Shown here piece by piece: positions 47,237-56,301 of a stretch of DNA of 64,000 nucleotides. The stretch spans positions 122,243-186,242 of the forward strand of contig CAYZFQ010000003.1 in assembly GCA_964477895.1 (NCBI GenBank), given 5' to 3'. Source of the DNA: an uncultured Bacteriovoracaceae bacterium. Its GTDB lineage: Bacteria; Bdellovibrionota; UBA2428. Numbering within the stretch: position 1 is the stretch's first letter; every line of letters begins with the position of its first letter. The notes beneath the pieces are model-generated. The model had not been told where the DNA came from, did no database searches, and saw only the letters and a program-made list of their open reading frames with translations. The position numbers and the translations under genes are program-made.

Positions 47237-49813
47237 TCAGCTTCTGAGCTCTGCCTGAAATTTCGCCTTCACAGCCTCAAGACCTTTTTTGCAAATGGCA
47301 GAGATCTCCTCATCCGACAGAGTTTTCTCCGCTCCCTGAAGCAAAAGCCTAAAGGCCAAGGATTTTTTCTCTTCCGACATCACATAGAGATCCAAGCACT
47401 TCAGCTCAAGCAGCTCAGCACCCAAGGCTTGCTTCAGCGTCTTTTCAATATCAGACTCTTTAACATCAGCCGCCACGACAAAGGCAAAATCTCGCTCTAC
47501 GACAGGCAAACGCTTGCTGGGAGTGACCTTAGCTCGACCCTTAGGAAAGACCTCATCCCCCGCCACCATTCTCTCGGAGACCGTCAACAAATCCTTCAGC
47601 ACGCAAATTTCACCAAGGACAGCTCCTAACTGCAATCCTGTGGGCAAATTCAAAAGTTCCCCCTTGTGCGCCGGGTGCAATTCTCCCACGTAACCCACAA
47701 TGCCGCCCGGGAACTTGCCGGGCAGACTGATAAGGGCAGACCGAGCCGGATGCAAAAGCGCTAAGGGAATCCATGGGGCCGCAAGCTGAATTTCCGCCAC
47801 GTTCACGTCCAAAAGAGAAATAAATTGGGCCGAATTCATTCGGGGTTCCAGCTGGGCCGCATGCTTTAAAAATTCTTCCGCAATGCCCTTGGCATCAAAA
47901 AAGTCTACCGGAGCTTTGCGTTCCGCGTTTTTTTTATCGCTCGACCAATGATCTTCCTGACGCTGCCCCAAAAGAGCCCATGCCGCATGAAAATTTTCCA
48001 AAGTACCCGTTTGACGATCTTGGTTGAGCGTGGGATCCGCCACAAAAACCGAGCCGCTATCAAAAAAACTTCCGCGCAATTGATTCATTCCAGCATGCCG
48101 TTGCAAGACCTTGATTAAGCCAAAACTTAGGTTGGGTCGCATATAGAGCCAGTCTTGAGATAGGGGATTTTTGAGTTGGACCACCTTAGCCTGAGGAACA
48201 AACGCGCGTTCGGCTTCCGAAATAAAAGCGTAGGGCATCATCTCCGTAAGTCCGCAGTCGAGCAAACGCCGACGCAAAGTCCGCAACTTTTTGTACAGGG
48301 AGGTGGTAGCCCCCTCGGTGGCGTGACCTTGGACAGGATAGCGTGTAGGGATCTGCTCAAAACCTGTAAGACGAGCCGCCTCTTCGATAAGATCGATTTC
48401 GCGGGCAAGGTCGAGTCGATGAGTGGGAATCTCGACTCGCAAAACATTGGAGGACTTCAATTGGGCCTCGATATCAACCGACTTGAATGAAGCCATCAAA
48501 GTTTCGGGACTGATATCAATTCCCACCACTTCTTTAAAATTTCTCATATCAAAGTTAAGACTACTTTTGTTCAAGAGCTTTTCGGCCTTCTCGGACTTGA
48601 TCTCGATAAAGGCCCCACGCCTGCGAGCTCCACAAAACTGCTTAGCCAGCAAAGCAAAGCGCCCTGCCGCTCGGGCCACCCCCACCGCATCCACGCCTCT
48701 CTCAAAGCGATGAGAGGCCTCAGAATGGATTTTGTGACGCTGGCTCATGCCTCTCACCACGTCGGGCTCAAAAAGAGCGGATTCCAAAAGCACGCGTTTT
48801 GTTTTCTCGCTCACACCAGAATCCATTCCACCCATCACTCCGGCCAGCGCCAAAACCTTTTCTAAGTCGGCAATAACCAAATCCTCAGAACTTAAAACTC
48901 GGTCCACCCCGTCTAAAGTTTTTAACTTCTCTCCATTTTTTGCAAAGCGCACGATGAGCCGAGAACCCGTGATTTTATCCGCATCAAAGGCATGCAAAGG
49001 CTGGCCCAGCTCCATCAAAACATAATTCGTAATATCTACGATGCTGTTGTGGGATTTAATCCCCAAAGTCTCGAGCATCCGACGGATGGGTTCAGGGCTC
49101 GGACGGTTCTCCACATTCTCAAAAAGTTGACCGGTGTAAAGGGCGCAAGCCTTAGGTGCCTGAACTTCCACGCTCACTAAAGGCACATCGCTGGAGTCAG
49201 CTGGATTTAAAATCTCAAACTGCGGAAGCTGCCCCTTCACCCCTACCAAGCGTCCTACTTCGCGGGCCATCCCTAGGTGAGACAAACAATCCGCACGATC
49301 GGGGGTGAGCTCCACCTCCCAAATTTCATCGTGCATGCCTAAGGCTTTCACGAGGGACTGCCCCAGGGGCGCAGTGTCGGGCAGATGCAATATCCCCTGT
49401 GACTCCTCGCTTAAGCCCAGCTCTTTTTCAGAACAAAGCATGCCAAAACTTGTCACACCGCGAATGGCCGATTCTTTAATTTTAAAATTTCCCGGGAGTT
49501 CGCAGCCCACCGGAGCAAGGGCCACTTTCACGCCTTCTTTGACGTTAGGCGCCCCACAAACGATTTGCAGCAACTTCTCTCCGGTAAAGACCTGACACAC
49601 ATTCAAGCGGTCGGCTTGAGGGTGCTTTTCAAAACTTTGGATCTGGGCCACAATAACGCCCTCGATCCCTTCGCCTAACTTTTTAACTCCACCGATTTCA
49701 ATACCAGCCAGCGGGAGCTTGGCCCGCAAAATTTGCGAGCGAATGGGTAAACCGTGTTCCAACTTGGGAAAAAAGTCTGATAGCCATTTAAGAGAAATCT
49801 TCATACGCGCCAC
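47237..49813 (-). CDS. pheT: Phenylalanine--tRNA ligase beta subunit
   Basis: 858 aa with conserved PheT domains. Overlaps the pheS stop. Confidence 0.9.
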   Translation of the reverse strand: MARMKISLKWLSDFFPKLEHGLPIRSQILRAKLPLAGIEIGGVKKLGEGIEGVIVAQIQSFEKHPQADRLNVCQVFTGEKLLQIVCGAPNVKEGVKVALAPVGCELPGNFKIKESAIRGVTSFGMLCSEKELGLSEESQGILHLPDTAPLGQSLVKALGMHDEIWEVELTPDRADCLSHLGMAREVGRLVGVKGQLPQFEILNPADSSDVPLVSVEVQAPKACALYTGQLFENVENRPSPEPIRRMLETLGIKSHNSIVDITNYVLMELGQPLHAFDADKITGSRLIVRFAKNGEKLKTLDGVDRVLSSEDLVIADLEKVLALAGVMGGMDSGVSEKTKRVLLESALFEPDVVRGMSQRHKIHSEASHRFERGVDAVGVARAAGRFALLAKQFCGARRRGAFIEIKSEKAEKLLNKSSLNFDMRNFKEVVGIDISPETLMASFKSVDIEAQLKSSNVLRVEIPTHRLDLAREIDLIEEAARLTGFEQIPTRYPVQGHATEGATTSLYKKLRTLRRRLLDCGLTEMMPYAFISEAERAFVPQAKVVQLKNPLSQDWLYMRPNLSFGLIKVLQRHAGMNQLRGSFFDSGSVFVADPTLNQDRQTGTLENFHAAWALLGQRQEDHWSSDKKNAERKAPVDFFDAKGIAEEFLKHAAQLEPRMNSAQFISLLDVNVAEIQLAAPWIPLALLHPARSALISLPGKFPGGIVGYVGELHPAHKGELLNLPTGLQLGAVLGEICVLKDLLTVSERMVAGDEVFPKGRAKVTPSKRLPVVERDFAFVVAADVKESDIEKTLKQALGAELLELKCLDLYVMSEEKKSLAFRLLLQGAEKTLSDEEISAICKKGLEAVKAKFQAELRS

Positions 49814-50883
49814 CTCGCAAATTGCGAAATAAAGCGATGATCAGACTCAAAAAAAGATCGCAAATCATCGATGCCGTATTTCAACATGGCCATGCGCTCA
49901 AGGCCCATACCAAAGGCAAAACCCCGGTAGGATTCCAGATCATAACTCACAGCCTTGAGGACCTCAGGATCCACCATGCCGCAGCCTCCAATTTCGATCC
50001 AACCTGTTTGCTTGCAGGTCTTACAGCCCTGCGCCTTACAAAAAACACATTCCATATCCACTTCGGCCGAAGGCTCGGTAAAGGGAAAGAAGGAGGGTCG
50101 CAAACGCACATTGAGCGAAGCCCCAAAAAATTCCTTGAGCATCTGCGCTAAAATTCCCTTGAGATCCCCCATATGCACATTTCGGTCGATGAGCAGGCCC
50201 TCGATCTGATGGAACATGGGCGAGTGAGTGGCGTCGTAATCGGCCCGGTAAACCCGGCCAGGGCAAAGCATACGAATCGGGGCCTTCATACGAAGCATCG
50301 TGCGCACCTGAACCGGAGAGGTGTGAGTGCGAAGCACCACCGGCTGCTCAGTATTCACAAAGAAAGTGTCTTGCATCGCGCGGGCGGGGTGATTTTTAGG
50401 AAAGTTCAAAGCATCAAAGTTATAAAATTCATGCTCAACTTCCGGACCAATTTCGGCCACAAAACCGCAAGATTCAAAAATATTCACTAACTCATCTTGG
50501 ACCATTTGAACGGGATGCTCATAGGAAGGACGAAGGCCGCGCCCCGGCAGAGTCACATCCACTCGTTCCTTTTTTAAACTCTCAACCAGGACCGCATTTT
50601 TCAGCTCCTCGCTGAGGCCATCGAGAGCCGATGTGATGAGGCCACGAATTTCATTGGCCCGAGCTCCCACCTTAGGTCGGTCTTCACCCGAGAGGCCCCC
50701 GAGTTCCTTCATGATGGAGGTGAGGAAGCCCTTCTTGCCGATCCATTCGATACGCAGGGCCTCGGCATCCGCTAAAGTTTTCTCACTCCCTCGGGCAGAA
50801 CTTTTGAGTTCCGCTATTTTTTGAGTGGCCAGGGACTCAAAATCGCCCAAGCTTTTAAGTAATTCGTCGAGAGATGCCGGCAT
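49801..50883 (-). CDS. pheS: Phenylalanine--tRNA ligase alpha subunit
   Basis: 360 aa. Class II aaRS motifs. Confidence 0.9.
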   Translation of the reverse strand: MPASLDELLKSLGDFESLATQKIAELKSSARGSEKTLADAEALRIEWIGKKGFLTSIMKELGGLSGEDRPKVGARANEIRGLITSALDGLSEELKNAVLVESLKKERVDVTLPGRGLRPSYEHPVQMVQDELVNIFESCGFVAEIGPEVEHEFYNFDALNFPKNHPARAMQDTFFVNTEQPVVLRTHTSPVQVRTMLRMKAPIRMLCPGRVYRADYDATHSPMFHQIEGLLIDRNVHMGDLKGILAQMLKEFFGASLNVRLRPSFFPFTEPSAEVDMECVFCKAQGCKTCKQTGWIEIGGCGMVDPEVLKAVSYDLESYRGFAFGMGLERMAMLKYGIDDLRSFFESDHRFISQFARWRV

Positions 50884-51003
50884 ATAATATTGCTACCTAA
50901 AATCACTCCCGAAGAGAAGATCGAGAGAAAAAAAGCGTGAAAAAGACAAAAAAAAAGCCGCGTCCCAGCATATCTGGGACGCGGCTTAGAATTTTTTAGG
51001 GAC

Positions 51004-51348
51004 TTAGCGAACGGCTTTAACCACCGCTTCAAAGGCGCGGGGGTCGGTCACCGCGAGATCCGCCAAACTCTTTCGATCGAGTTCAACGCTCTTGGCTTTA
51101 AGACCTTGGATCAACTTCGAGTAAGACATATCCAGAGTGCGGGCCGCAGCGTTGATACGCTGGATCCACAATCCACGAAAATCACGTTTCTTAACCTTGC
51201 GGTCGCGAAAAGCGTACTTAAGTGCTCGGGTTACAATTTCATAGGCTTTAGAATAGGAGCGGCTACCTGAGTTGCGGTAACCGGAGGCCATGTCCAAAAC
51301 TTTTTTGTGTCTGCGGCGGGTTTTAAAACCACCTCTTGCGCGTGCCAT
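51004..51348 (-). CDS. rplT: 50S ribosomal protein L20
   Basis: 114 aa. Canonical L20. Confidence 0.9.
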   Translation of the reverse strand: MARARGGFKTRRRHKKVLDMASGYRNSGSRSYSKAYEIVTRALKYAFRDRKVKKRDFRGLWIQRINAAARTLDMSYSKLIQGLKAKSVELDRKSLADLAVTDPRAFEAVVKAVR

Positions 51349-51360
51349 TTTCTATGCTCC

Positions 51361-51558
51361 TTAGGCGTAAGGCAAAAGTCGTTCTAAGCGACTTTGCTGA
51401 GTGGGATGGATCGTATCGGCTTGTTTAAGTCTCCTTAAACGAGAGTTACCTTTACCCAATTGAAGGTGACGACCTCCGCACTTCTTTCGTTTGATTTTTC
51501 CGGTCGCGGTTTTTTTAAAACGCTTTTTTGCGCCGGAGTGGGTTTTAAGTTTTGGCAT
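51361..51558 (-). CDS. rpmI: 50S ribosomal protein L35
   Basis: 65 aa, MPKLKTHSGAKKRFK... AAGGAG SD upstream. Confidence 0.85.
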   Translation of the reverse strand: MPKLKTHSGAKKRFKKTATGKIKRKKCGGRHLQLGKGNSRLRRLKQADTIHPTQQSRLERLLPYA

Positions 51559-51738
51559 TTACGTTTACTCCTTAAAGTAGCCCTACGTCTTGCCACGTAA
51601 GTGCGGGATTTACAATCGCTAAAATACGGAATTTTCGGGACTTTGGGGGATCTAGGACCCCGAGATCGGAGCATGGCTCTCAAGGGAGGGGGCGGAAGGA
51701 ATTGACTCGTTGCGTTATGGGGGATTTCTGCGCATAAT

Positions 51739-52653
51739 TTAGTGGCTCGGGTTGATCTCAGTTTCTAATTTAGACAGAAGTTTTTGGGCTCTTCGATTAT
51801 CCACCTGAGAACCCCTAAAGACCTTTAAGCTCTCGCGCAGAAGGCGCAAAACAGGCTCCGACATGACCTTAAGGCTGGGCTCTTGAATCATATCTCTAGC
51901 ATGACTTTGATAGCTAGCCATGAGCTCACTGACCTTGTTTAAAGCACGAGGATCCCCAGCCTTAGCTGAAAAATATAAATACTTTCCATTCATATCTACT
52001 TTCGATTCGGGCGCTTGGATTTCGAGACTCACGTAATTTTGGAACATTGAACTCAGAAGTCGGTTGATTTTAGGATTGTAAGATCTCGCAAGTAATAATT
52101 TCCCGTGGCGCTCAATAACAGCGGCCAATAAAATATCTAAGGCCTCACACTTGCTATCAATATGTTGAATTTTACTAAAGTGGCCCCGTAGGTCGGGCCC
52201 ACTTTGGTTCACACGTCGACACCGATCAATCTGCGGAAACAAAAATTCAGCCCATCTCTCAACGGAGACCGATTCAACTGCGGCACGAGGGATATCTCCA
52301 GCAAAGATGCTATTGCCCTCTGCTTTCTTAGCCACGATAAAATCCTGTATCACGGAAGGAATTTCAATATTGGAGAAATTATATTTTGAAATCTCGCCGT
52401 TAATTCCATTTTCGCGCTCACTCAACTTAGGCAAATCATAATTTCCATTTTCACGGTCAGCTACATGAGCTTTCTGATTGGCCATGAATTCCTCTAGCAG
52501 ATTCGCTAGGTCTGCCGCTTTGCCAATCGGCCGGTCATCATAAGAGACCTTTTCTTTTTCCCTATGACTTGCTACGGGATTCGATTTCTTCCCGTAAACA
52601 AACCCGGGAAAAGCACTCCCCAAAACCCAAACGGAAAAGATCGCCAATCTCAT
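51739..52653 (-). CDS. Hypothetical secreted protein
   Basis: Signal peptide. No recognised domain. Located between the prepilin-like gene and rpmI. Confidence 0.5.
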   Translation of the reverse strand: MRLAIFSVWVLGSAFPGFVYGKKSNPVASHREKEKVSYDDRPIGKAADLANLLEEFMANQKAHVADRENGNYDLPKLSERENGINGEISKYNFSNIEIPSVIQDFIVAKKAEGNSIFAGDIPRAAVESVSVERWAEFLFPQIDRCRRVNQSGPDLRGHFSKIQHIDSKCEALDILLAAVIERHGKLLLARSYNPKINRLLSSMFQNYVSLEIQAPESKVDMNGKYLYFSAKAGDPRALNKVSELMASYQSHARDMIQEPSLKVMSEPVLRLLRESLKVFRGSQVDNRRAQKLLSKLETEINPSH

Positions 52654-52707
52654 AACTCCATTATACGCGGTCTCAAAATACGAACTAAAGTAAAGTTTAG
52701 GTTAATC

Positions 52708-53718
52708 TCAAGGCTGTAGCTGCATCGGAGTGACGTAGAGCTTCAAATCCCAGTTATTGGGGTTGATATCAAGAATCTCTCCAGAATTTTTATCAAATAT
52801 GCGCATCTTTGCTCCATCTTTATTGTGGATGTAAATACTGCTCGGGGTAACGGTATAAAAAAAGGCTAAATTGAAAGGATTGGTTTCCATAACAAAGGGA
52901 ATTTCCTCTCCAACTTGATAATTGGCCTCAGTCGTTTTTGCCTTCAAGGCCATTCGAGCGATGATATTTGTGGTGTTAAAGGGATTCGGGATAGTGACAC
53001 GAGGATTGCCAAAAGGGGGGCCTGGAGTCGGAGTCGTCAAAGCAGAAGCGGATGCTTGTACCACAAAAGTCCGCGTAGCCGACTCTGGTAACTGAACCCC
53101 GCATCTTTGAATTTTCCCATTTGTCGTAGAACCCAAGGGATTAACAAGAATCTTCACTCCAAACTGAGCCGTGTATGAAGGAGCCCCGTAAGAACCGGCC
53201 TGCTTTTTCACACCCAAAAGAAGTTGGGCTGTGAAAGCCCTGTAAGGTGTCGTCACAGGGGGAGTCGCATTATTAGCTACATCGACGATTCCATCGTAAG
53301 TGGCTTCAGTAAACTCAAGCTTTTCTACCACCATGCCCCCACCTAAATTCTGATTGATAGAAACGATGGTGGAGGAGCCCTGAACGATTTTTTGCACGGG
53401 AAGTGGTGCGGTTGGGCTCAGCACATTCACTGCGGGATTTGTGGTGAGGGTTAACCAAGTAGAGGTCGCTGGCAACTGAAGACTCACATGGGAGCCGTCG
53501 GCATTCTGAAAGGCGCCATTGCAGCTGTTGCCGGCCAGAACCAAGGTGATATTAGATTTTAAGGTGTCGAACTCCACGGCATTCTGAACGTTTTTCTGCC
53601 CTTTGATGGCCGACGACATAAACTGGTTAAAAATCACGGCCACCAAACCCAAGATGGTGATGGCAACTAAAACCTCAATCATTGATAATCCACGCCGGCT
53701 ACTCTTCATAAGTACCAT
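52708..53718 (-). CDS. Prepilin-type N-terminal cleavage/methylation domain protein (large type IV pilin/pseudopilin-like)
   Basis: The class-III signal SSRRG|LSMIEVLVAITILGLVAVIF follows Met at 53718/53709. The ORF-track extension to 53928 overlaps infC and is rejected. Confidence 0.6.
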   Translation of the reverse strand: MVLMKSSRRGLSMIEVLVAITILGLVAVIFNQFMSSAIKGQKNVQNAVEFDTLKSNITLVLAGNSCNGAFQNADGSHVSLQLPATSTWLTLTTNPAVNVLSPTAPLPVQKIVQGSSTIVSINQNLGGGMVVEKLEFTEATYDGIVDVANNATPPVTTPYRAFTAQLLLGVKKQAGSYGAPSYTAQFGVKILVNPLGSTTNGKIQRCGVQLPESATRTFVVQASASALTTPTPGPPFGNPRVTIPNPFNTTNIIARMALKAKTTEANYQVGEEIPFVMETNPFNLAFFYTVTPSSIYIHNKDGAKMRIFDKNSGEILDINPNNWDLKLYVTPMQLQP

Positions 53719-53758
53719 TATGCCTGAATTTGAGCTGAGGTTAAGACCTGTGCTTTTT

Positions 53759-54403
53759 TTAAGCCGCGTCGGTCCCGCCGCCAGCGGCAGGAGCCGGCGG
53801 AACCGGAGGCGCAAAGGACCCACCCCCACCAAAGCCAGGATTATTACTTCGACGCACCGGCGGGCTCTTAGGCAAGCTTTGCAGCAAGGCACCTGGAGCC
53901 AATTTCTTACCCGGAGGTACCGGACCAAAGATCACAGCCAGACGTTTGCCCTCGAGCTTCGGCATCATTTCCATCACGGCCCGGTCTTGTAATTTATTGA
54001 TAAATTGAATCAGAGTCTGCCAACCGGTTTCGATGTGCTCCAGTTCCCGACCTCGGTAAAATACCGTGAGCTTAACTTTGTCCCCATCTTCCAAAAATCC
54101 AATGGCCGACTTGGCTTTGTGTTCCAAATCATGACTTTCGGTTTTCGGGCGGATCTGGATTTCTTTGATCTCCACGATCACTTGTTTTTTCTTGGCCACT
54201 TGGGCCTTCTTTTTTTCTTCGTACTTATATTTGCCGTAGTCCATGATCTTGCAAACAGGCGGATCGGACTTTTGCGCCACTTCCACAAGATCAAGCCCCA
54301 GCGAATCCGCCATTTGGGTGGCCTGACGAGTGTCGAGAATGCCCAGCTGTTCGCCGTCTTTTCCGATCACACGCACATAGGCCGCACGAATTTGTCGATT
54401 AAT
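53759..54403 (-). CDS. infC: Translation initiation factor IF-3, probable non-canonical (ATT/ATC) start; Pro/Gly-rich C-terminal tail
   Basis: The ORF track starts at an internal GTG (54376). The reading frame continues upstream as ...INRQIRAAYVRVIGKDGEQLGI, matching the IF-3 N-domain. AAGGAGG lies just after the thrS stop. Candidate ATT start at 54401-54403 or ATC at 54422-54424. Confidence 0.75.
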   Translation of the reverse strand: MNRQIRAAYVRVIGKDGEQLGILDTRQATQMADSLGLDLVEVAQKSDPPVCKIMDYGKYKYEEKKKAQVAKKKQVIVEIKEIQIRPKTESHDLEHKAKSAIGFLEDGDKVKLTVFYRGRELEHIETGWQTLIQFINKLQDRAVMEMMPKLEGKRLAVIFGPVPPGKKLAPGALLQSLPKSPPVRRSNNPGFGGGGSFAPPVPPAPAAGGGTDAA

Positions 54404-54435
54404 ATTTAACTCTTTGAAGCTGATAAAGCCCTCCT

Positions 54436-56301
54436 TTAGAGCTTGGGTTGTGCGGATTCTTGAGCGAAGAGCTCCAAGAGCGCATCCATCGTAACATTGG
54501 ATTTCTGGCTTCCATCGCGTAAACGCAAGCTGACTTGTTTTTCCTGAGCTTCTCTGGCGCCGATAATGATCATATAAGGGGATTTGTGGGCCTGGTATTT
54601 TTTAATTTTGCCCGAAAGTTTGTCTGAAGAATCATCAATAAGGACACGATAACCCCTTTTTTTCAGTTCAGCAAAGAGAGAATTCGCAAAGTCTACGGAT
54701 TCATCTGAAACCGAGAGTATCACCGCCTGCATGGGTGCCAGCCACATGGGAAAGTGTCCGGCCACGTGCTCAATAAAAATCCCGATAAATCGCTCAAGAG
54801 AACCCGCGATCGCTCGGTGGATCATGACGGGAGTATGCATTTGATTATCAGAACTTACGTACTCCAGACTAAAGTTTTTAGGCATATTAAAATCGAGCTG
54901 AACGGTGCCGCATTGGTGGGTGCGCCCGATTGAGTCCCTGAGGTGAAAGTCGATCTTGGGCCCGTAGAAGGCCCCATCACCGGGATTAACTTTGTAGGTG
55001 AGGTCCGCCGCTTTTAAGGCATTGGCGAGAGCCCCCTCGGCCTTGTCCCAAATTTCTTCTGAGCCCATGCGTTTTTCCGGGCGAGTGGAGAGTTCCACAA
55101 AGTAATCAAAGCCAAAGCCCTTGTAAAATTTGCGGACCATCTCAAGAACCCGGGTGATCTCTGACTCAATTTGGTCTTGGGTGCAGTACACGTGGGCATC
55201 GTCTTGAACAAAGCTGCGCACTCTGAAAAGCCCGGCCGTAACCCCACTTCGCTCGTGCCGATGCACTCTTCCAAACTCCGCAAAGCGAATCGGAAGCTCA
55301 CGGTAGGAGTGCCGAAAGGTTTTAAACATTAAGCAATGACCTGGGCAGTTCATAGGCTTCAAAGCGAAATCCCGCTCATCCACCTGGGTAAAGTACATAT
55401 TTTCAGCGTAGTTCTGGTAGTGCCCCGACATCTTCCAAAGTTCTTGTGAGAGCACAAGTGGGGTGATCACATCTTCAAATCCATACTCTCGGTTCAAAGC
55501 ACGCAGGTAGTCTTGAATTTGAATATATAAAAAAGCCCCCGCCGGATGGAAAAAGGGAGAGGCCGGAGCTTCCGGATGAAAGGAAAAAAGATGTTGGTCC
55601 GTGCCTATGCGGCGGTGATCTCGCTTTTTAGCCTCTTCAATTTGGGTAAGGTAAGCCTGAAGTCCTTCTTTAGACGCGAAAGCCGTGCCGTAAATTCGCG
55701 CGAGCATTTCGTTTTTTTCATCGCCCCGCCAGTAAGCTCCCGCCACACTCATCAGCTTAACGGCTGGAATGTGGCCCGTAGATCCCACGTGGGGGCCTCG
55801 GCACAAATCCACAAAATCACCTTGCCAATAGACACTCACAGAAGTGATTCCCTGGGCTTTTTGTAAATCCCGGATAATTTCGCACTTATAGTTTTCGCCA
55901 AGTCCTTTGAAAAATTCAATGGCCTTGTCCACAGCCCAGTCTTCGCGGCGGATGGGGAGTTTGGCTTTGATGATTTCCTTCATCTTGGCTTCGATCGCTG
56001 GGAGCTCTTCTTCTTTAAAGCCGCCCTTGCGAACAAAGTCGTAGTAAAAACCATTTTCAATCACCGGACCAATGGTCACTTGGACCTCAGGATACAAGGC
56101 CTTAACCGCTTGGGCCAAAATATGAGCCGAGCTGTGGCGGATAATATCGAGCCCGTCCGCAGAATCAGGCTTCACCCACTCGTAGCCTGAGGTATCGGCG
56201 GGCAATTCCATATGGATGTCGTAGATTTGACCTGCGACCTTAATGCCAACAACGGTAAATCCAGGAGGCTGTGCTTTTAAGAGGTCGAGGCCGCGACTCA
56301 T
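54436..56301 (-). CDS. thrS: Threonine--tRNA ligase
   Basis: 621 aa. Class II aaRS with TGS and editing domains. Confidence 0.9.
   Translation of the reverse strand: MSRGLDLLKAQPPGFTVVGIKVAGQIYDIHMELPADTSGYEWVKPDSADGLDIIRHSSAHILAQAVKALYPEVQVTIGPVIENGFYYDFVRKGGFKEEELPAIEAKMKEIIKAKLPIRREDWAVDKAIEFFKGLGENYKCEIIRDLQKAQGITSVSVYWQGDFVDLCRGPHVGSTGHIPAVKLMSVAGAYWRGDEKNEMLARIYGTAFASKEGLQAYLTQIEEAKKRDHRRIGTDQHLFSFHPEAPASPFFHPAGAFLYIQIQDYLRALNREYGFEDVITPLVLSQELWKMSGHYQNYAENMYFTQVDERDFALKPMNCPGHCLMFKTFRHSYRELPIRFAEFGRVHRHERSGVTAGLFRVRSFVQDDAHVYCTQDQIESEITRVLEMVRKFYKGFGFDYFVELSTRPEKRMGSEEIWDKAEGALANALKAADLTYKVNPGDGAFYGPKIDFHLRDSIGRTHQCGTVQLDFNMPKNFSLEYVSSDNQMHTPVMIHRAIAGSLERFIGIFIEHVAGHFPMWLAPMQAVILSVSDESVDFANSLFAELKKRGYRVLIDDSSDKLSGKIKKYQAHKSPYMIIIGAREAQEKQVSLRLRDGSQKSNVTMDALLELFAQESAQPKL

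Noticed and set aside
53719-53928. N-terminal extension of the prepilin-like ORF back to 53928
   Set aside because: It overlaps the infC coding region. The prepilin leader motif (RG|LSMIEV) sits right after Met 53718/53709, which is the expected position for a class-III signal peptide.
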